Assembly: GCA_949372645.1 (NCBI GenBank)
Contig: CASIAP010000001.1
Location: 17,802-81,801 of the forward strand
DNA: 64,000 nt
Origin: Candidatus Poseidoniaceae archaeon
GTDB taxonomy: Archaea > Thermoplasmatota > Poseidoniia > Poseidoniales > Poseidoniaceae
Direction: 5' to 3'
In this document: piece after piece, positions 1 through 9,980 of the stretch
Numbering within the stretch: position 1 is the first letter of the stretch
How the letters are laid out: each line of letters starts with the position of its first letter
The notes under the pieces: model-generated
The model's database searches: none
The model's input: the letters and a program-made list of their open reading frames with translations, nothing else
What the model was told of the DNA's origin: nothing
Position numbers and translations under genes: made by a program

Positions 1-20
1 GATAATTTGTTCCTTCCATT

Positions 21-725
21 TCAATTTCCTCCATCGAGTGATTTTTGTGCTTGTTCCAAACGTTGTTCGAGATGCGTAATTCGCATTGAAATCATCATAT
101 GTCCAATGATAAAGATTGTAAATGAAAGAGCCCCAATAAGAAGAACAAGAGCCATGCTCGATTGCAATGATCCACCATCATCTCCTGCAGCGATGACCGG
201 GCCAGGGTGGCGTATTTGCCAAATGCGTGTCGCAACATAGGTCAGAGGTACAAGGATAAAACCATACAATCCAAAGGTCGAAAACGTATCTCGAGTTTCA
301 ACACCATCCGGTTGACTTTGACGGCCAAGGACTAAAAACAATGCAAGCAGGGTCAAAAGTCCAAAAGTGTTCAAGCGAACATCCGTCCAATCCCAAGGAG
401 TGCCCCATTCAGCAGCGCCCCAGACGCATCCAGACCAGACCGCCATCAAGCCACAAGCCAAACTCGCTTCTGCTCCTGCGACATGCAATCGCCAGCCGAG
501 AGGGCTTCGTTTGAAAAACCATAGAGCAGAGCCAGTAAATAAGACTCCAAAAGCAATGAAAGCAGCCCACGCTGAAGGCACGTGCCAATAAAAAATCCGT
601 TGTGCAGCAGGTGATTCAAAAGCATTAATGGAAACACTTGGTGCCCAGTTTAACCCCAAAAAGAGGGTTGACATGATGCCGGCAAACCCGATGCCAAGAC
701 ACATCTCCGGGACTCGCCGTCGCAT
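21..725 (-). CDS. ccmC: Cytochrome c biogenesis heme exporter protein C (CcmC/CcsA family)
   Basis: About 6 TM segments. Trp-rich WWD motif (WGAAEWGTPWDWTDVR) and both conserved His (RIFYWHVP, IRHPGP). Adjacent to a CcmA-like ATPase. Confidence 0.9.
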   Translation of the reverse strand: MRRRVPEMCLGIGFAGIMSTLFLGLNWAPSVSINAFESPAAQRIFYWHVPSAWAAFIAFGVLFTGSALWFFKRSPLGWRLHVAGAEASLACGLMAVWSGCVWGAAEWGTPWDWTDVRLNTFGLLTLLALFLVLGRQSQPDGVETRDTFSTFGLYGFILVPLTYVATRIWQIRHPGPVIAAGDDGGSLQSSMALVLLIGALSFTIFIIGHMMISMRITHLEQRLEQAQKSLDGGN

Positions 726-764
726 GGAAGGAACTGCTCAGCACTCCTTCTTGAACTTGGGTGT

Positions 765-1976
765 TCACAAAGTTCCTAAATATTCGACCACTAAGGCCCA
801 TGGTAGAATTAAAATTGGAAGTAACAACCTGATAAATACCGCATTTGGGCGCGCCAAACGCATGGTGCTCAATTCGATGAATCGAACGCACAACAAAGTT
901 ATCCAAAGAACACCTGCTCCAATGAGTGAAAGCTTCCAATTGAATGAATCAAGGAACAGGAAACATCCAAGTGCAGAGAGAGTAAACCCAAGAACTGGAG
1001 CGAAGAAATCAGCAGCAGGTAGTCGATTGACATGAGCTCTCCACCAATCAACAGCACGATGCTCCCTCATGAGATAGACGACTGGATCGCCTGCTAACCC
1101 TGCCGCAAAAGGGGCAGCAAGAATAAAACCGACGAGCATGTTCTTCTCGAGATTAATCGGGTCGATGAATGCTAAAAGTGTACCAAGTACTAACAATGCA
1201 GCAATTCCGTTACGTGCAATACCTGCACGTGTAGAACGAAGGTAGCGGTGTCCTGTTCTTGACGAGAGTAGACTTACATTCTCCTGCGTTCCAACAGCCT
1301 TCCATGGTTGACATTTGGGTTGTTCTTGATTCGTTTCTGATTCAAGGTCATGCAATCGAGTTGCACATTTCATCATCTCTGGATGGTGTGAAGCAATGAC
1401 AAAAGCGTGACCAGCCTCGCGCAATTGCCCGATGTCTGAAATCAATGCAGCAAGTGCGTCCTCATCCAAGCCAGAATCTGGTTCATCGAGTAGAATTAAA
1501 CGAGGTTGAGGCGAAAGCATGGCCGGTAAAAGACCAGCTATGACCGCCACTTTTCGAGCTTGACCACCGGATAACTGACCAATTCGGTCGGAACTCCGAT
1601 GCGCAAGTCCGTATGCGTCAAGAATTGGGAGAATATCTGTTTTCATTCCCGACAGAGAACAGACGGTGGTAAGGTGGTTTTCAATGGTTTCATCACCCAA
1701 TAAACCGTTGCTTTGAAGAGTTAATCCAAAGGGTTGTTTGGCAAGAGCTCTGCGACCTTCTGAATCGACAACTAATGAGCCATGGTGATGCACTGAACCT
1801 TTTTCCAGGGGCAGCAAACGTGCACAACTTTCGATAACCGTCGATTTTCCCGCTCCGTTTTTACCATGCAGCACAACAACATCTTTTGAAGCGACTTCAA
1901 GATTGAAACCGGTCAAGACGACACTCATGCCACGGCGGACCTCAACGTCCACGAGGCTGAGCAATGGTGCTGCCAT
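765..1976 (-). CDS. ccmA: CcmA-like ABC ATPase fused to a C-terminal multi-TM domain (possible CcmA-CcmB fusion)
   Basis: Walker A GKNGAGKST, signature LSGGQ, Walker B LILLDEP, H-loop ASHH, then ~5-6 hydrophobic helices. Start moved from 2033 to ATG 1976 (MAAPLL), which has the -29 promoter hexamer. Confidence 0.7.
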   Translation of the reverse strand: MAAPLLSLVDVEVRRGMSVVLTGFNLEVASKDVVVLHGKNGAGKSTVIESCARLLPLEKGSVHHHGSLVVDSEGRRALAKQPFGLTLQSNGLLGDETIENHLTTVCSLSGMKTDILPILDAYGLAHRSSDRIGQLSGGQARKVAVIAGLLPAMLSPQPRLILLDEPDSGLDEDALAALISDIGQLREAGHAFVIASHHPEMMKCATRLHDLESETNQEQPKCQPWKAVGTQENVSLLSSRTGHRYLRSTRAGIARNGIAALLVLGTLLAFIDPINLEKNMLVGFILAAPFAAGLAGDPVVYLMREHRAVDWWRAHVNRLPAADFFAPVLGFTLSALGCFLFLDSFNWKLSLIGAGVLWITLLCVRFIELSTMRLARPNAVFIRLLLPILILPWALVVEYLGTL

Positions 1977-2065
1977 GGATGTGCGAGATTGGAGACCGAC
2001 ATCAAACCTCCCATTCGTACTTTGTACAACCATGAACTCAAATGCGTGCTCTCATTAGGCTGTGC

Positions 2066-3109
2066 ATGGCCACAGTCATGTCCTTGTTCGGTACATCCGA
2101 GTGGCTGCTGTTTGGGCTTTGGGTGGCCGCTATTGTTTGGCCGATAACCTATGCCATTCGGCATCGAACCTCATTAGCGCTGTCAATCACGGTTGGACTG
2201 CTTTTGGGATATTTGGTTCAGGTTCTTGGTCAGTTTGCATTTACCAATGGTTGGATTGATGGATGGCTTTGGTGGGATTATGTCTTGATTCCGAATCGAA
2301 TCAGTGGAGTTGCTTGGTTCCATACTTTCTTTTCTGCTGGATTTTTGCACAGTCCATCGAATGCATCTCACGTACTGGGTAATATTCTGGTTATTGCTTT
2401 GGTTGGTGTTCCGCTGGAACAGCGGCTTGGTACCCGTCGATTTGTTCTTGTCTATGCCCTCGGGTTATTCGGAGGTTCCTTTGCTTGGTTTTTGTTCAAT
2501 TTGACCTCTGGAAACCCCTCTTTGGGTGCTTCTGGTGCGGCGTTTGGACTGTTTGGCGCATACCTGGCAGGATGGCCTAAGGATGAGATACCTTTTCCGC
2601 TCATTTTAATACGCAAATGGCCTGTATTTTACCTTGCTTTGTTTTATTTTGCGATGGAGGTTTTCCGAGCCTATACGACACTTGGTCTCAACCAAGCTAG
2701 TGACGTAGCCCATATGGCGCACTTAGGCGGCTTTTTAGCGACCTATCTGTTACTCCCATTGATCGCTAAAAATGGACCTTATCCACTCGGTATCGAAGAC
2801 GGTGGACCGACCTCATCCAGCGGTGAACGTTCACGATTGAATCAAATTCGAAGTGTCATGGTTGACATGTCCAACGTCGTAGATCCTTGGACTGCACGTG
2901 ATATGGCGATTCCACGTTCTATCCGGGACCCTTTACGTAGCCTTTTGGCTTCTTCAGATGAACCGGAGACACGTTTGGCTTGGATGGAACATCTTGCCGA
3001 TGCAGCAGAATGTCCTGAATGTCAAGCCCCTCTTGGTGTTGTAGAACGAGCATCGGGCCCTCAAATGCAATGTTCGATTGAACCCGAACATCTCAATTGG
3101 CCAGAATGA
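2066..3109 (+). CDS. Rhomboid family intramembrane serine protease with C-terminal Zn-ribbon-like tail
   Basis: FLH...HVLGN, catalytic GASGA and AHMAHLGG motifs; tail CPEC..C..H. Start uncertain (2042, 2066 or 2078). Confidence 0.88.
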   Translation: MATVMSLFGTSEWLLFGLWVAAIVWPITYAIRHRTSLALSITVGLLLGYLVQVLGQFAFTNGWIDGWLWWDYVLIPNRISGVAWFHTFFSAGFLHSPSNASHVLGNILVIALVGVPLEQRLGTRRFVLVYALGLFGGSFAWFLFNLTSGNPSLGASGAAFGLFGAYLAGWPKDEIPFPLILIRKWPVFYLALFYFAMEVFRAYTTLGLNQASDVAHMAHLGGFLATYLLLPLIAKNGPYPLGIEDGGPTSSSGERSRLNQIRSVMVDMSNVVDPWTARDMAIPRSIRDPLRSLLASSDEPETRLAWMEHLADAAECPECQAPLGVVERASGPQMQCSIEPEHLNWPE

Positions 3110-3120
3110 TTCTCCAAGAC

Positions 3121-3148
3121 CTCCCTAGCCCCTTTAGGGGCTGGGGAG
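3121..3148 (+). other. GC-rich 12-bp stem-loop between rhomboid and S8 protease genes
   Basis: CTCCCTAGCCCC-TTTA-GGGGCTGGGGAG, with one G-U pair and no U-tract. Confidence 0.5.
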
Positions 3149-3200
3149 TAGCCAAAGAAAGGATAGGCTCAAAGGCGGGACGGCACAGCAGCATATCGGA

Positions 3201-6200
3201 GTGGGTGGTTTGCAGTCGTCATCATCATGGAAATCTCAACGAATTTCACTCTTTTTGGTCATCGTTTTTTTGTTTGCAGACCTTGGAGTACTTGCGAATG
3301 AATCTGAAACAAATGTTTCAGAATCTCTCTCTCAACCTCTCTTTTCTGAACCTATATTGGTCGAAGGCTTACCGCCGTTAATGTGTGGTGAAGAACTGTG
3401 CTTACGCCCAATCCGAGATATCGATCGTGGCGATCGGGTCTCAGCAGAAGCAGTTCAATGGTGGCAATCTTACGGTCCCGACCTTGATTGGAACGGCATG
3501 GATGATCGTCTTCAACGGGTCTTAGCTGGTGAAGAATCTGTTTCACCCACAGCTCTTATTGGCCCTGATGGCCGGAAAACAGTGGCGATCGTTGTCGACT
3601 ATGCTTGGCGAGCCAATGACGCCGAAATAGAAACTCTACGAACGGTTCTTGATGCGCATGGCTGGGTTGGAGAAGAAGGTGGCGCATGGTTCCAACAGCT
3701 CATTGATATCGATTCGGTGGCTATCGATAAAGTCCCAGTTTCCGCTCTTATGGATCTTTATTCGTTATATGGCGTCGTGGTGATTGAAATGCAAAACCTC
3801 ATGATACCGTTCAATGATGTAGCTGCTAAAGCCTCTCGTGCTCGACCATCTGATGTCTATTCCGCAACTGCTTACGAACGTGATTACATTGGCGAGGGAA
3901 TTGTGATTGCCGTGCTCGATACTGGCGTTGACAATGAGCATGAATCATTAAATGACTTTGATGATGAAAGTGATGAGCCGGACGAAGACCCTCTCTCTTA
4001 CAATGATCACAAGTGGGTTGCTGGATATGACGCGACCTCTTCAGCTTCAAATCCTGATGGTTCACAAGATCCTGATGATGGAAACGGACATGGGACTCAC
4101 GTTGCCGGTTCAGCTGTTGGAACGGGTGATAGTAGTCGTATCCACATGGGGACTGCTCCTGGTGCCTATCTTGTCGATATCAAAGTTCTTACCGATGCAG
4201 GCGGTACAAATTCACAAGCTTCTCTCAACGGAATTCAATGGTTAATTAACAACCAAGATACCAATTGGGGTCACAATTCTTCCACTCGCGGAATTCAAGT
4301 TGCATCGATGTCCTTTGGCTCAGCCTCTACACCACTCAATCCCGAAGATCAAGGAGATAATGGTAGCGGCTCTGAGGCGCGACTGGTCAATGATGCAGTT
4401 AATGCATCCATCGTTTGTGTCGTTGCAATGGGTAACGATGGGACCAATCGAGTCCCCTCTCCAGCCAGTGCTGATAACGCTATTTCAATAGGTGCAGCGA
4501 CAGACCGCGGAAGCATCAACAGAACCAACGATAATGTTGCGGATTACTCAAACACTGGACCTCGTCTCGACGATGAGGATGACGATGAATGGGATGAACT
4601 GAAACCTGATATCACTTCATATGGTTCTTCGATTATGTCCGCTACCGCTCAAACCGGAACGTCCTTCCCAGGTCAACCAGCCAAACCTCTTGCTGGTTCA
4701 GATTATGATGAAAAAGATGGAACAAGTATGGCGACACCAATCGCTTCAGGTATCGTTGCCCTCATGCTCCAAGCCGATCCCTCTCTGGAACCACAAGAAG
4801 TCAAAGATATTCTACGAAACTCTTCGGAACAGCGAGGCAGCGTTAGTGAACCTGGCATCTCCGACCGTTGGAATGATGAATGGGGCTTTGGACTCATCGA
4901 TGCATCATGCGCCATCGATATGGTTTTGGAAAAGGCCTGTACGCCTCTTGAGGATGGTGGAGACATCCCACCTCCTCCGACCGGAAACGGTTCAGGTGAC
5001 CACGTTGATATGTCGAAGCCGAATAACGGTTCATGGTGGATTGAAGGAAACTTCGTACGGATAGCAGGCAATACACAAGCGAATGAAGATGGTGATGAGT
5101 ATACGAAAGTTCAGATACGAATAATGCAGTATCTTGAATCTGGAACCGTTCGAGAATTACAAAGTTGGATTGACACTGGTGGCGAGGTATCGTCTTGGTT
5201 CTTGGACGTCTCGGTCAAAGAAAGCTGGATACGTCAAGATGAAGATTATGTTTTGATTCTGGCTCGTGCGCTCACAGATGAAGGTGATGAATCAGCAATT
5301 GATGCCCGCCAGGTTAACCTTGCACGCATGGCTGTGACCATTGCAGGTCCGCCTTTGGGTACAGCAATCCAAGGCTCAGTTGATTTTAGCGGAACAGTTG
5401 AAGGAGTTCAACACGACTTACTCGAATATCGAGTAGATAACGGCGATTGGCTCGTGGGTGAAGAATTAACTTCAATGGAAGTAGGTTCACAAGACTGGTC
5501 TTTCTCATGGAACTCGAATTCTGTCGATGACGGTTCACACCGTTTCTCGTTTAGAATGGTCAATGAAAGCGGTGTGATGACCGATGATGTCCGTCGAACC
5601 TATTCGGTTGACAATCAACCTGCAGCTCCCGATTTCATGTTCCAAGGTTCTGTCGAAATAATGGACCAAGCCCTTCCGGTGTTTTCTGCGGTAGCAGGCA
5701 CTGTGTTAGAAGTTGACTTTACGGTTGGTAACGCTGGAGACTTAGATGCAAACGATGTCTTTGTGCAACTGGAGGCCACCGGTAGTCAATCCGCAACCTA
5801 TCCTCGAGAGTACAGAATATCGACTCTTAATGAAGGAGAAAGTCATCAGGTGACGCTCTATTGGTGGGCTACTGAACCAGGTACGCATGACGTCACCATC
5901 TCGATTGATCCAAACAACCAGCTTGGAGACCCAAACCCCAGTAACAATGTCTACACCTTCTCGTTTGAAGTTGAGGAGCGTCCCGTAGAAGCAATGCTGC
6001 GGTTTTTGCCAGGTTCGGTTACGACCAATCCTAAAGTCCCTCTACCAGGTAGTAATTTTGATATCGATATCCGTATTGACAACTTAGGTCAAACTGAAGC
6101 CACACAGTTAACTATGCGTCTAGCACGCTGGAATGGCGGTTGGGTTGAAGTAGGAGTTTCTAATATTTTGATTGTCCCTGGTTCGGACTCCAGTTCAGGT

Positions 6201-8147
6201 CAAAGCACCGGAGGATTCAGCGAAATAGGTCTTGAACTTGGCCATGCAAAATATCAAGTTACCTTAGAAGGTAATGGGGTTGAACCGGAATTTAGCATTC
6301 ACTACTTTACCGTGGTCATTGATGATGTGATACTTGGTTCTCAGGTGAGTATATCTCTGAGTTCAGGTGAAGTTCCAATTGATTTCATTGGTTTGGAGGA
6401 CGGTGGCCTTTTGTTCACCACTCGTGATGGAGAACTTCATGTTCGAACTACAACAGCTTCAATGGTAATGCAGGTTGATGTCATGCTTGAGCAAAAGTGG
6501 GGCGGTCAACTTACCACATACTTGCGAGATGATGGTTTGGTTCAAGCAGCATGGAATCGAAAGACCATCAGTCCAGATGGCTATACACTCACTGATATTG
6601 CGATGACTTCACTCACTCGTTTAGGTGAGAAAACTCCAGTCCATCATCAGATGCCTGCGATTAAATTATCTGAGGGGTCTTATTGGGGACTTGCGTTAGC
6701 AGAACATGATGATAAAATGATTTTAGCAGGATATCACCGAGATATTTCAACTGGAGGATCATGGCAAGACATCACTTCGATTTTCACCTTGGTATCATCG
6801 AATCCCGACAGTCAATCGTCTTGGAGTTCACCGAATATTGTGCTGTCGGATGTTCAAATACGTCCATCTCAAGGTGATGCTCTGGCAATCGGTTTGGGTG
6901 AAGAAAACTTACATATTCTCTATCAAGAAGAACGAAACGATGTCACTGGAATTGATCGTATTGGATTGATGTATACGCATGGTAATCCAGACTATGCCGC
7001 TTGGGGATTCCAGTCATCCATCGGTGATCACGCTCAGAAGGCGCAACTCGTTGTTCTTACAAACGGGAGTAAGGACGTCCTTGTTGCTTCTTGGATCGAA
7101 GGTCGTGGCAAAGATGCTATGGTCGCACACATTGTTACTGACAATGTATGGTCAGGTGAAGCAGAAAAAATAGGAGCACCTGGTGTGACGCATATCGAAT
7201 TGAATCCGACTTCCGATGGTGTTCAAATCTTCTACGATGAAATAAACGTATTTGGCCCAGTTACCCGATATGGCCTCTTATCTGATTCTTCACAAGGGCC
7301 AACCCTTGCTCTTTCAAACATTCTTACTGGAGGGTTTTTGAAAGGACATGCAGGAATGGAATTCGATGGAATTCTCCTACTTTCTTCTGCCAGCGGTTCA
7401 CTCAAAATGCGAACACTTGCTGATTTGGAAGGAGATTCCAAAGGACAAGACGAGTCAACATCCTTGCTCAATTCCCTGCTTGACCCTTTACCAGGGGATT
7501 ATGAAACGAAAGTATTGATTTTGGGTGTTGTATCTACTTTGTTCGTAGTGTTCCTTCTGATGATTGTTCATTCAGTTCGCTCATCTCGACGTCGTGAGGA
7601 GGAACTTGTCATTTTGGAATCAGGGCAAAACCAAGATGCAGATGCGTTAGAATTGCTTGTTGTTCCTGTCAAAGACGACGGACCACTGCTTGCCATCGAC
7701 ACGGAAACAGAAGATTTGGTCGTCGAGATGGATGACCAGTCAGTCTCGGCTATGTTGGATGATGAAGAATTGAGTTTGTCAGCCTCACTTGAAGCTAAAA
7801 ACGAATCCGGTGAAGGTAACTCCCGTCTCAATCGCCGTATGCAGCGAAAGCAACAGCGTGAGATTACTGAGATGGTTCAATCGATGAACACCTCACTTCC
7901 ACCACTTCCGGCTCTTCCTCTCACTGCTCCTGAACCAGCCCCATTGATTGCAGATTTAGCCGCTTTACCATTAATCCCACTTCCTGATGGGAGTCTACCA
8001 CCTCTTCTCGGGTTGCCACCTCTACCAATGATTCAGCCTCCTCAACGAGATGTGACGTGCCATGAATGTGCAGCTAAATTCACTGTGAAAGACATGACGC
8101 TCACCCGTGTGAGCTGTCCGATTTGTTCTGTGAAGGTTGATTGCTGA
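3201..8147 (+). CDS. Giant membrane-anchored subtilisin-like (S8) serine protease with CARDB/Ig-like domains
   Basis: Signal peptide; catalytic motifs VLDTG, HGTHVAG, GTSMAT; CARDB-like segment (IDPNNQLGDPNPSNN); C-terminal TM helix, Pro-rich tail and CHEC...CPIC Zn ribbon. Confidence 0.92.
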   Translation: MGGLQSSSSWKSQRISLFLVIVFLFADLGVLANESETNVSESLSQPLFSEPILVEGLPPLMCGEELCLRPIRDIDRGDRVSAEAVQWWQSYGPDLDWNGMDDRLQRVLAGEESVSPTALIGPDGRKTVAIVVDYAWRANDAEIETLRTVLDAHGWVGEEGGAWFQQLIDIDSVAIDKVPVSALMDLYSLYGVVVIEMQNLMIPFNDVAAKASRARPSDVYSATAYERDYIGEGIVIAVLDTGVDNEHESLNDFDDESDEPDEDPLSYNDHKWVAGYDATSSASNPDGSQDPDDGNGHGTHVAGSAVGTGDSSRIHMGTAPGAYLVDIKVLTDAGGTNSQASLNGIQWLINNQDTNWGHNSSTRGIQVASMSFGSASTPLNPEDQGDNGSGSEARLVNDAVNASIVCVVAMGNDGTNRVPSPASADNAISIGAATDRGSINRTNDNVADYSNTGPRLDDEDDDEWDELKPDITSYGSSIMSATAQTGTSFPGQPAKPLAGSDYDEKDGTSMATPIASGIVALMLQADPSLEPQEVKDILRNSSEQRGSVSEPGISDRWNDEWGFGLIDASCAIDMVLEKACTPLEDGGDIPPPPTGNGSGDHVDMSKPNNGSWWIEGNFVRIAGNTQANEDGDEYTKVQIRIMQYLESGTVRELQSWIDTGGEVSSWFLDVSVKESWIRQDEDYVLILARALTDEGDESAIDARQVNLARMAVTIAGPPLGTAIQGSVDFSGTVEGVQHDLLEYRVDNGDWLVGEELTSMEVGSQDWSFSWNSNSVDDGSHRFSFRMVNESGVMTDDVRRTYSVDNQPAAPDFMFQGSVEIMDQALPVFSAVAGTVLEVDFTVGNAGDLDANDVFVQLEATGSQSATYPREYRISTLNEGESHQVTLYWWATEPGTHDVTISIDPNNQLGDPNPSNNVYTFSFEVEERPVEAMLRFLPGSVTTNPKVPLPGSNFDIDIRIDNLGQTEATQLTMRLARWNGGWVEVGVSNILIVPGSDSSSGQSTGGFSEIGLELGHAKYQVTLEGNGVEPEFSIHYFTVVIDDVILGSQVSISLSSGEVPIDFIGLEDGGLLFTTRDGELHVRTTTASMVMQVDVMLEQKWGGQLTTYLRDDGLVQAAWNRKTISPDGYTLTDIAMTSLTRLGEKTPVHHQMPAIKLSEGSYWGLALAEHDDKMILAGYHRDISTGGSWQDITSIFTLVSSNPDSQSSWSSPNIVLSDVQIRPSQGDALAIGLGEENLHILYQEERNDVTGIDRIGLMYTHGNPDYAAWGFQSSIGDHAQKAQLVVLTNGSKDVLVASWIEGRGKDAMVAHIVTDNVWSGEAEKIGAPGVTHIELNPTSDGVQIFYDEINVFGPVTRYGLLSDSSQGPTLALSNILTGGFLKGHAGMEFDGILLLSSASGSLKMRTLADLEGDSKGQDESTSLLNSLLDPLPGDYETKVLILGVVSTLFVVFLLMIVHSVRSSRRREEELVILESGQNQDADALELLVVPVKDDGPLLAIDTETEDLVVEMDDQSVSAMLDDEELSLSASLEAKNESGEGNSRLNRRMQRKQQREITEMVQSMNTSLPPLPALPLTAPEPAPLIADLAALPLIPLPDGSLPPLLGLPPLPMIQPPQRDVTCHECAAKFTVKDMTLTRVSCPICSVKVDC

Positions 8148-8156
8148 GGTAAAATA

Positions 8157-9977
8157 ATGTGTGGTATTTTTGCTTACTTAGGCCCTCGACAGGCGTCAAC
8201 TGTTTTGATTAATGGTTTGCGACGACTCGAATATCGCGGATATGACTCGACTGGTATTGCGGTAAAGGATGGGACAATTCAACTGCATAAGAAAGTCGGT
8301 AAAGTCGGTGATTTAGAAACAATCTTACCGACCCAAGTTCCAGGACATATTGGTATTGCTCACACTCGATGGGCTACGCATGGAATCGTCAATGATTCAA
8401 ATGCTCACCCTCATCAATCTGTGAATGGAAAAGTCGTTATCGTTCATAACGGGATTATTGAAAATACTCGCCAACTTCGTACCTCTCTAACGGTCCAGGG
8501 TGTCGAATTGCAGAGTGACACCGATTCTGAAGCGCTTGCACACATTATTGAGCGTGAACTCAGCGTGGATAATAACCCTGAAAAGGCAGTACGTCGTACC
8601 CTACATCTCGCTCGAGGTACATGGGGGCTGTGTGTCTTATTCCTTGAGCACGATGTAATCGTTTGCGCTCGTAACGGCTCCCCCCTCATCATTGGACAAG
8701 GTGATGATGAAATGTTTGTTTCAAGCGACCCTCATGCTTTGGCACCCTATACACATCGCGTCGTCTTCCTCGAAGATGGCGAAATAGCGACGCTTACGAG
8801 TACATCGATGAAACTTTCAACCTTGAAAGGTAAAGATTTCAATCCAAGCATCACTGTTCTGGAAGAGGATTGGGGTGAATCTGAACTTGGTGAATACCCA
8901 CATTTCATGTTGAAAGAGATTTATGAGCAACCTGATGCCTTGCGACATTGTATCAGTGGTCGACTTGATCGAGTTCAAGGTAATGGTCGACTGGGCGGTT
9001 TGGAATTAGAACCTCGTGATTTGGGTAAAGTCCCTCACGTTCGCCTTTTGGGCTGTGGGACTGCCTACAATGCTGCAGAAATCGGTCAAATCATGATCGA
9101 GAAATTAGCGCGTATTCCTGCAGTAGCCCATATCTCCAGTGAATTCCGACATAACGACCCCGTCATCAACCCGAATGCATTACATTTTGCAGTGACACAA
9201 TCTGGTGAAACTGCAGACACCTTGTCTGCTGTAAAAGAAATACACCTCAAAGGTGGAAGCGTGTTCGGAGTCGTCAATGTTGTCGGTTCCTCCATCGCTC
9301 GAGAGTGCGGGAAAGGTGTGTATATTCACTCCGGTCCTGAACAAGCTGTTGCATCGACCAAAGCCTTCTCGAACATGGTTGCGGCGTTATCGGTGTTTGC
9401 GCTTCAAATCGGGCGTTCTCGTTCAACCAGCAAAGAGCGAGGAAAACAACTCATTAATGGGCTACAGGAAATTCCACATTTGATTGAAGAATATCTCGAG
9501 AACCAAGGGCCGATTCTTGAAGCGGTTGAAATGATTAAAGACGCTAAATGTGTTCTGTTCCTTGGACGAGGGATTTCTGCGCCTGTCGCTAAAGAAGGAG
9601 CACTCAAACTTATGGAAATTGCCTACATCCCATGTCTGGCTTATCCTGCAGGAGAAATGAAACATGGACCAATTGCCTTGTTAGAAGAAGGCAGCCCAGT
9701 CATTTTCATTGCACCAAACGACCATGTCAAGATGAAGACGATTTCGGCAATCCATGAGTGTAAAGCACGTGGTGCACGTGTCATTTTGATTCATGAAAAG
9801 GGCGATGATATTGCCAATGAGGCCGATATCAGTATTCCAATTCCACCGGTTCATTCGCTTCTTTCACCATTGCTGACGGTGATTCCAATGCAACTCATTG
9901 CCTATCATACTGCTTTAGCACTTGGTTGCAACGTTGACCGACCTCGAAATCTTGCGAAATCGGTAACAGTCGAGTGA
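8157..9977 (+). CDS. glmS: Glutamine--fructose-6-phosphate aminotransferase (isomerizing)
   Basis: MCGI N-terminus, RLEYRGYDS, HTRWATHG, C-terminal PRNLAKSVTVE; SD-like GAGGT upstream. Confidence 0.97.
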   Translation: MCGIFAYLGPRQASTVLINGLRRLEYRGYDSTGIAVKDGTIQLHKKVGKVGDLETILPTQVPGHIGIAHTRWATHGIVNDSNAHPHQSVNGKVVIVHNGIIENTRQLRTSLTVQGVELQSDTDSEALAHIIERELSVDNNPEKAVRRTLHLARGTWGLCVLFLEHDVIVCARNGSPLIIGQGDDEMFVSSDPHALAPYTHRVVFLEDGEIATLTSTSMKLSTLKGKDFNPSITVLEEDWGESELGEYPHFMLKEIYEQPDALRHCISGRLDRVQGNGRLGGLELEPRDLGKVPHVRLLGCGTAYNAAEIGQIMIEKLARIPAVAHISSEFRHNDPVINPNALHFAVTQSGETADTLSAVKEIHLKGGSVFGVVNVVGSSIARECGKGVYIHSGPEQAVASTKAFSNMVAALSVFALQIGRSRSTSKERGKQLINGLQEIPHLIEEYLENQGPILEAVEMIKDAKCVLFLGRGISAPVAKEGALKLMEIAYIPCLAYPAGEMKHGPIALLEEGSPVIFIAPNDHVKMKTISAIHECKARGARVILIHEKGDDIANEADISIPIPPVHSLLSPLLTVIPMQLIAYHTALALGCNVDRPRNLAKSVTVE

Positions 9978-9980
9978 GTT

